Assembly: GCA_049969675.1 (NCBI GenBank)
Contig: JBMFOP010000008.1
Span: forward strand, 1-46,342
From: Myxococcota bacterium
GTDB taxonomy: Bacteria; Myxococcota; SpSt-1050
Length of the DNA: 46,342 nucleotides
Reading direction: 5' to 3'
The notes under the pieces were generated by a model, which ran no database searches, was not told the DNA's origin, and saw only the letters and a list, made by a program, of their open reading frames with translations. The number at the start of each line of letters is the position of its first letter. The stretch's first letter is position 1. This document shows positions 41,454-46,342 of the stretch, piece after piece. The position numbers were made by a program, and so were the translations under genes.

Positions 41454-43512
41454 CAGCCCTCGCTCTCTTAGCATCATAGTATAGATAAAGACATAGCCCA
41501 ATAAATGCGATTAACCCGATAATATGCCCGAAATTATTATAATATGCAAGTGGCTCTCCCTCTGTAAATACCCTTTTTGTAACCCCTTCAATTGTGATTT
41601 CTTTCTCTATAACGGGAATACCGATAGATAGGAATCTATGCCAGTCAAATGTCCTGAATATAGCCCCGAAGACACCGAAGAGAGAGGCACCTGCTATAAG
41701 ACCCGATGCAATGAGTGTCCCCCTCTGACTTCTTGCCTCTGCAAGTTTCTTATTATCACCAGCAGACCTATTCAGGAGATATGCAAGTAGTCCACCAATC
41801 AATAGAGGTGTATTTAATTCCATCGGGAGATACATACCGAGGGCGAATGCGAGCGCGGGGACTTTGAGCATCTCATTGATGAGGGTGATAAATATGCCAA
41901 CTCCATAGAGCATCCACGGGATATTTTGAGATGGGTCCATAAGTGTTACAATGATTGATTTCATAACATTTGCCTGAGGCGCTGGCACCGCAGGGTTTGG
42001 TGAGCCGTCCGGGAGTGTGAAACCAAATGCCTTATCTATAATGAGGATAGCGAGTCCTACGAAGAAGGAGGAGACCAGTATCCCTAAAAATTTCCACTTC
42101 TGCTGATTTTTAGGAGTAGACCCAATCCAGTATCCAATCTTGAGGTCTGTAATAAATCCACCCGATACTGATAGGGCAGTGCAGACGAAACCACCTATTA
42201 CAAGTGCAATCATAATTCCTTCTGTGCCGGATACACCGATTTGGACAAGTACTATGGATGTTAGAATTAGTGTTACGAGTGTCATCCCTGAGACCGGGTT
42301 TGTGCCGACCGTTGCAATGGCAAGTGCTGCCACTGTGGTAAATAAAAATGAGATTATAAAAGCAATTATAGTTCCTATTATACCAACTTTAATCCCGGCT
42401 ACTGTTGAGAAGAAGACGAGTGCAAGTACAAATACCATAAGAATTCCAAGAATAATAAGCTTCATCTTGATGTCCGATTGAGTCCTCTCTTCCTCCTCTG
42501 TATTACCCCCTTCTTTCTTATGAAATATCTCCTTAAATCCGAGTGAGAATGAACGTCCTATAGTCTTCAGATTTTTTATAATGCTGATAATTCCAGCTGC
42601 TGCAATGGCACCAATCCCAATAGGCCTTACAAAGTTTGAAAATATCTCCTGTGCCGACAACTCTGAGAGTGCCTTTGTGGCTGGTAGAATTGGAAAGTTT
42701 ACAAATTGTGTGAGGTATCCAAGCAGTGGTACCATCACCCACCAGGCCATAAGTGAGCCTGCAACGATAATCGCGGCATATTTGAGACCTATGATATATC
42801 CGAGGCCTAAAAATAGTGCCTGCGCCTGTAATTTAAATACAATCTTCGTCTTGTCGTGAATAACCTTTCCAATCTCCCAGAGAGTGGTCTTAAGAGATGC
42901 GTTCCAGAGGTTGACTGGTTCTACAAGAAAGTCAAAGATTCCACCGATGAGCATGCTTGTAATGAGCACCTTTGCCTGATTCCCTCCGGCCTCACCGGAG
43001 ACCAGAATCTCAGTAGTAGCAGTTGCCTCAGGGAATGGGAGATGTCCGTGCTGCTCTACACAAAAATATTTTCTAAGAGGTATAAGGAATAATACACCGA
43101 GCCACCCTCCAAATAGAGATGCTAAAAATGTGTGATATAACTTTGGCTCAACCCCTTTAATCATAAATAGGGCTGGGATTGTAAAGATGGCTCCTGCTAC
43201 CACCACACCAGAGGCAGCACCTATACTTTGGATGATTACATTTTCAAGGATGGTAGATTTTCTTGAGAACAGACCGGAGAAACCCACTGCAAGTATTGCT
43301 ATAGGTATAGCAGCCTCAAAGACCTGCCCTGCCTTCAATCCCGAATATGCACAGGCAAAGGAGAAGACTATAGCCATAATTATTCCAAAGATTACAGAGC
43401 GAGGAGTAATTTCAGCTATTTTCTCTGAGGCTGGAATAATTGGGACATATTTCTCTCCATCTTTTAGTACTGTATAGGCGTTTGCTGGAAGAGACTTCTT
43501 GCTGCTTTCCAT
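41446..43512 (-). CDS. OPT family oligopeptide transporter
   Basis: GLKAGQVFEAAIP, LENVIIQ, LPFPEATA, NPVSGMT, TDLKIGYW, PAPQA, ALGMYLP. Confidence 0.93.
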   Translation of the reverse strand: MESSKKSLPANAYTVLKDGEKYVPIIPASEKIAEITPRSVIFGIIMAIVFSFACAYSGLKAGQVFEAAIPIAILAVGFSGLFSRKSTILENVIIQSIGAASGVVVAGAIFTIPALFMIKGVEPKLYHTFLASLFGGWLGVLFLIPLRKYFCVEQHGHLPFPEATATTEILVSGEAGGNQAKVLITSMLIGGIFDFLVEPVNLWNASLKTTLWEIGKVIHDKTKIVFKLQAQALFLGLGYIIGLKYAAIIVAGSLMAWWVMVPLLGYLTQFVNFPILPATKALSELSAQEIFSNFVRPIGIGAIAAAGIISIIKNLKTIGRSFSLGFKEIFHKKEGGNTEEEERTQSDIKMKLIILGILMVFVLALVFFSTVAGIKVGIIGTIIAFIISFLFTTVAALAIATVGTNPVSGMTLVTLILTSIVLVQIGVSGTEGIMIALVIGGFVCTALSVSGGFITDLKIGYWIGSTPKNQQKWKFLGILVSSFFVGLAILIIDKAFGFTLPDGSPNPAVPAPQANVMKSIIVTLMDPSQNIPWMLYGVGIFITLINEMLKVPALAFALGMYLPMELNTPLLIGGLLAYLLNRSAGDNKKLAEARSQRGTLIASGLIAGASLFGVFGAIFRTFDWHRFLSIGIPVIEKEITIEGVTKRVFTEGEPLAYYNNFGHIIGLIAFIGLCLYLYYDAKRARADE

Positions 43513-43601
43513 AGTTACTCCTTTATAAGGTTGAGTAAGAGATTGATTATATTTTTTTACTCTCTAAGTCAATATTTTTAGGCAGATGTTATGACTTAAT
43601 T

Positions 43602-45602
43602 TTATTTTGGAAAGATGTAATCTTTTTTCAAAGTTAATTTCTGACTCTTATTCTCTCCATAGATTGTCATTTCTATTTCATCAAAATCCTTATTTTTATG
43701 ATTGTATTCTAATCTTGAAACTGGATTCTGTTCTATTACATCCTGAACCCTGAGCAACAACTTCTTCCTTTCAATGACTCTGTTGGCCTTTTTAAGTCGC
43801 AACTCTACATTAAAGAATAACCTCAAAGGAATTTTTGGTCCGTCCTGTAGGTTATTTGAATAGAGATGTATGATGATTTTATCTCTCGTAAAAGAGAGAT
43901 TCATATCGCTGAAATCTTTATATTCAAAATATCCCTTAAATGTATAATCCAGTTTATAAATAGCCCCATCGTTCCTGTCATATATCTTCTCAATCTTTAT
44001 TGATTCACCACCTGTTATCTCATCAAATCTATTTTTAAGTGGTAAGTTTAATACTACAACATATTTAATACCAAGTGCCTTAAATAGATTTAATGTATTT
44101 TGTGAAGATGGCTCTCTCTCTATCTCTTCAACTCTCTTATTTAAAAAGTGTGTATATCCAGTAAAAGATGTGTATACAGGTTTATTGATAATAGAGGCGT
44201 ATAGTATGTGTGAATATGTCTCTCTGAGTGGGAAGAAGATAACAGCACCATCTTCCAGATATTTAAGTCTTTTTAAGATTTCGGGTGGTTTTGAAAATAG
44301 GTTGTATTTGATGATTGGGACTTTACTACTGTATTCTATGACAATCGGTATAAAGAGGATTGTGAAGATAGTTAGTTTAATAATTCTATTCTTAAATCTA
44401 TCAAGGAAGACAAAAGTTGAACCAGCAAATAGAGATATGCTTAAAACGATAAATATGTAAAATCTCATCGGTACCCTTGTTCCGTCAAAGGCGGGGAAAT
44501 ATTGATAAAAAAATCTATATAAGAAGCCATAGTTAAAATGAAGGGATTTATAATTGATAGATGGCTCCGGTCCGGCTATAATCAGAAATGATATTGTCAT
44601 CAGGATAATGAAGATAATTTTATATATGTTGTTAAGACCATATCCAATTATGCCAGCGATTGCTAAAAGAGATACAGAGATACCAAGAAAGAATGAGCCT
44701 TCATTTATATCAAGAAATTTAAAGTGTGTGGAGTGGATTTGATTAATTCGGTTAATCCCTATCAGGTTCTTTATGTCTGGCAGTGAGGCGATAGTACTGA
44801 TATCTCTCTGTAATCCAAATGCCTCTCTCAATTCTATGTATGGAAGTAAGAAAGGAAGGAGCGTAATTATTGCGATAACTATGATGAGGATTGAGAGTAG
44901 ATGGAGTCTAATTTTAAATATCCTGCCTCTTAAGATAGCATACGGAATGCCAATTGTAAGCATTGTGATTGCAAGATAGACTACATAATACATATTCATC
45001 AAAGATTGTATTATTATGAATACCGAAAGCAAGAGTGCATCTCTCATTTTTAGGTTGTCAATAAATCTTATCAAGAAGAGGAAGCAGATGGGGAAGAATC
45101 CAGAGTAGAGTGTCTGAATGTGTCCGATCTGCCCAAATCTGTGAGGGACAAATGTATAAATAAATCCAGCCACAAATGATGCGAATTTATTATTTGTCAG
45201 TTTATATGTCAAAAGATATGTTCCAAACCCTGCTATGACAAAGGATAAAAGATATAGTATGTTATAAACAGTCAATGGATTTCTAAAAAGGATATAGAAT
45301 GGTAATCCAAGAATTGCCTCTCCAGTTAGGTGTTCTGAAAATGCGAGTGCATTTTTGTATGGGAACATTACATTTGCATTAAAATAATTGCTGATATTTA
45401 GATGTATCATCTGCTCCATATCCCACCAGAGTGTCCAGATATTTAAGAGTGGGTCTCCCAGATCAGAAGGGACAGACTCGTTTAGATCTATGATAAGAGG
45501 GTATGTAAATATGACTGTGAAGATGAAATATATTAATACCACAAGAATAATTTGAGTTATATGATTGGAGAATAATGTTGATATTCTTTTGAGAGAACCC
45601 AT
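43602..45602 (-). CDS. GT-C/YfhO-like membrane glycosyltransferase
   Basis: GDPLLNIWTLWW, ANVMFPY.NALAFSEH, RVPMRF, many TMs, periplasmic C-terminus. Confidence 0.75.
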   Translation of the reverse strand: MGSLKRISTLFSNHITQIILVVLIYFIFTVIFTYPLIIDLNESVPSDLGDPLLNIWTLWWDMEQMIHLNISNYFNANVMFPYKNALAFSEHLTGEAILGLPFYILFRNPLTVYNILYLLSFVIAGFGTYLLTYKLTNNKFASFVAGFIYTFVPHRFGQIGHIQTLYSGFFPICFLFLIRFIDNLKMRDALLLSVFIIIQSLMNMYYVVYLAITMLTIGIPYAILRGRIFKIRLHLLSILIIVIAIITLLPFLLPYIELREAFGLQRDISTIASLPDIKNLIGINRINQIHSTHFKFLDINEGSFFLGISVSLLAIAGIIGYGLNNIYKIIFIILMTISFLIIAGPEPSINYKSLHFNYGFLYRFFYQYFPAFDGTRVPMRFYIFIVLSISLFAGSTFVFLDRFKNRIIKLTIFTILFIPIVIEYSSKVPIIKYNLFSKPPEILKRLKYLEDGAVIFFPLRETYSHILYASIINKPVYTSFTGYTHFLNKRVEEIEREPSSQNTLNLFKALGIKYVVVLNLPLKNRFDEITGGESIKIEKIYDRNDGAIYKLDYTFKGYFEYKDFSDMNLSFTRDKIIIHLYSNNLQDGPKIPLRLFFNVELRLKKANRVIERKKLLLRVQDVIEQNPVSRLEYNHKNKDFDEIEMTIYGENKSQKLTLKKDYIFPK

Positions 45603-45676
45603 ATAAATCTATAACAGACTATCATAATCCTCAATTTTTTTCTATATCATACTTCTTCTGTCCAAATTCAGTATAT

Positions 45677-46241
45677 ATCTGTCCAAAATAAATAACACAA
45701 AAGCATTAAATTTTTAAGAGGGGCTTTCTATAAATATGTGCCTCCTTAGTTTTTAGATAAATTCTACAATCGCTTAAAGATGAATTAATGTATTTATCTC
45801 TTAGGGGTAATTAGTGGCAATGTTATCCAATTAATCTGGATTGACTCATCCATTAAGAGGACTTATCCTATCAATTAAGGCGAACAGAGGTGTGCAATAA
45901 CACAACGGGGGGAGGTAATAATGCTTCTTATAAGCCTCCCTGTGCGGCGGCAGACTGGCCTGTTGTGCCAGATATGTAGAGACTAAGATAGAAGGGTATA
46001 TAAGCTGTAAGGCATTTAAATTGGTAATGAGGAGAAGTAGGTAAGCAGATTCTGAAAATGTGAATCTATCCTTCCAGAATCCTTATTTTACTAATCCTTA
46101 ATTTATCAGCGAAGATTATTCTGGACAGCGGTGATATATACACAAATCTTTTTTGTTCATCCACACAGCCATGCTTCAATTCTATATAATTTGGTATGTA
46201 ATCTAAATATTCGTCGTCGGCTTTGAAACATCTTATGGTTC
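45677..46241. repeat. Copy 2 of dispersed degenerate element
   Basis: ATCTGTCCAAAATAA at 45677 is identical to 13381; 46078-46241 aligns to 13498-13661. Confidence 0.7.
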
Positions 46242-46342
46242 TTACCTCAACCTAATTACAAAAAAATTCTTTACCTGCATTTTTTTGGTATAATTCCAGA
46301 TATGAAAGTTAGAAAGGAAATAGGATTGATGAAAACCATTTT

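Overview
An AT-rich bacterial chromosomal segment (roughly 35-38% GC by eye), standard genetic code. Its exported proteins look like those of Myxococcota/Deltaproteobacteria: many lipoproteins, CxxDxDC cysteine repeats, MopE-like motifs and an AgmX/PglI-type C-terminal domain. That taxonomy is inference. Housekeeping and envelope genes: cstA, thiD, rmlACB, purF, queA, trxB plus a protein-disulfide oxidoreductase, System II cytochrome c maturation with a tetraheme cytochrome, an OPT transporter, two GT-C glycosyltransferases and a metalloprotease/propeller/Omp85 fusion. The most striking content is a set of very Cys-rich secreted lipoproteins. The largest is a 1650-aa hierarchical Cys-repeat protein flanked by an Ig/PKD/YfaP-like lipoprotein and a beta-barrel-OmpA protein, a candidate surface adhesion or contact module. 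A second is translationally coupled to a lone A24 prepilin peptidase. Two genes are each interrupted by one in-frame stop (TGA at 20732, TAG at 36032). A ~345-nt promoter-to-terminator unit lies between rmlA and purF. A diverged ~165-bp repeat with inverted ends occurs twice (13.4-13.7 kb and 45.7-46.2 kb). No rRNA, tRNA, CRISPR array or intact transposase was seen. All family assignments come from motif recognition, not database searches.
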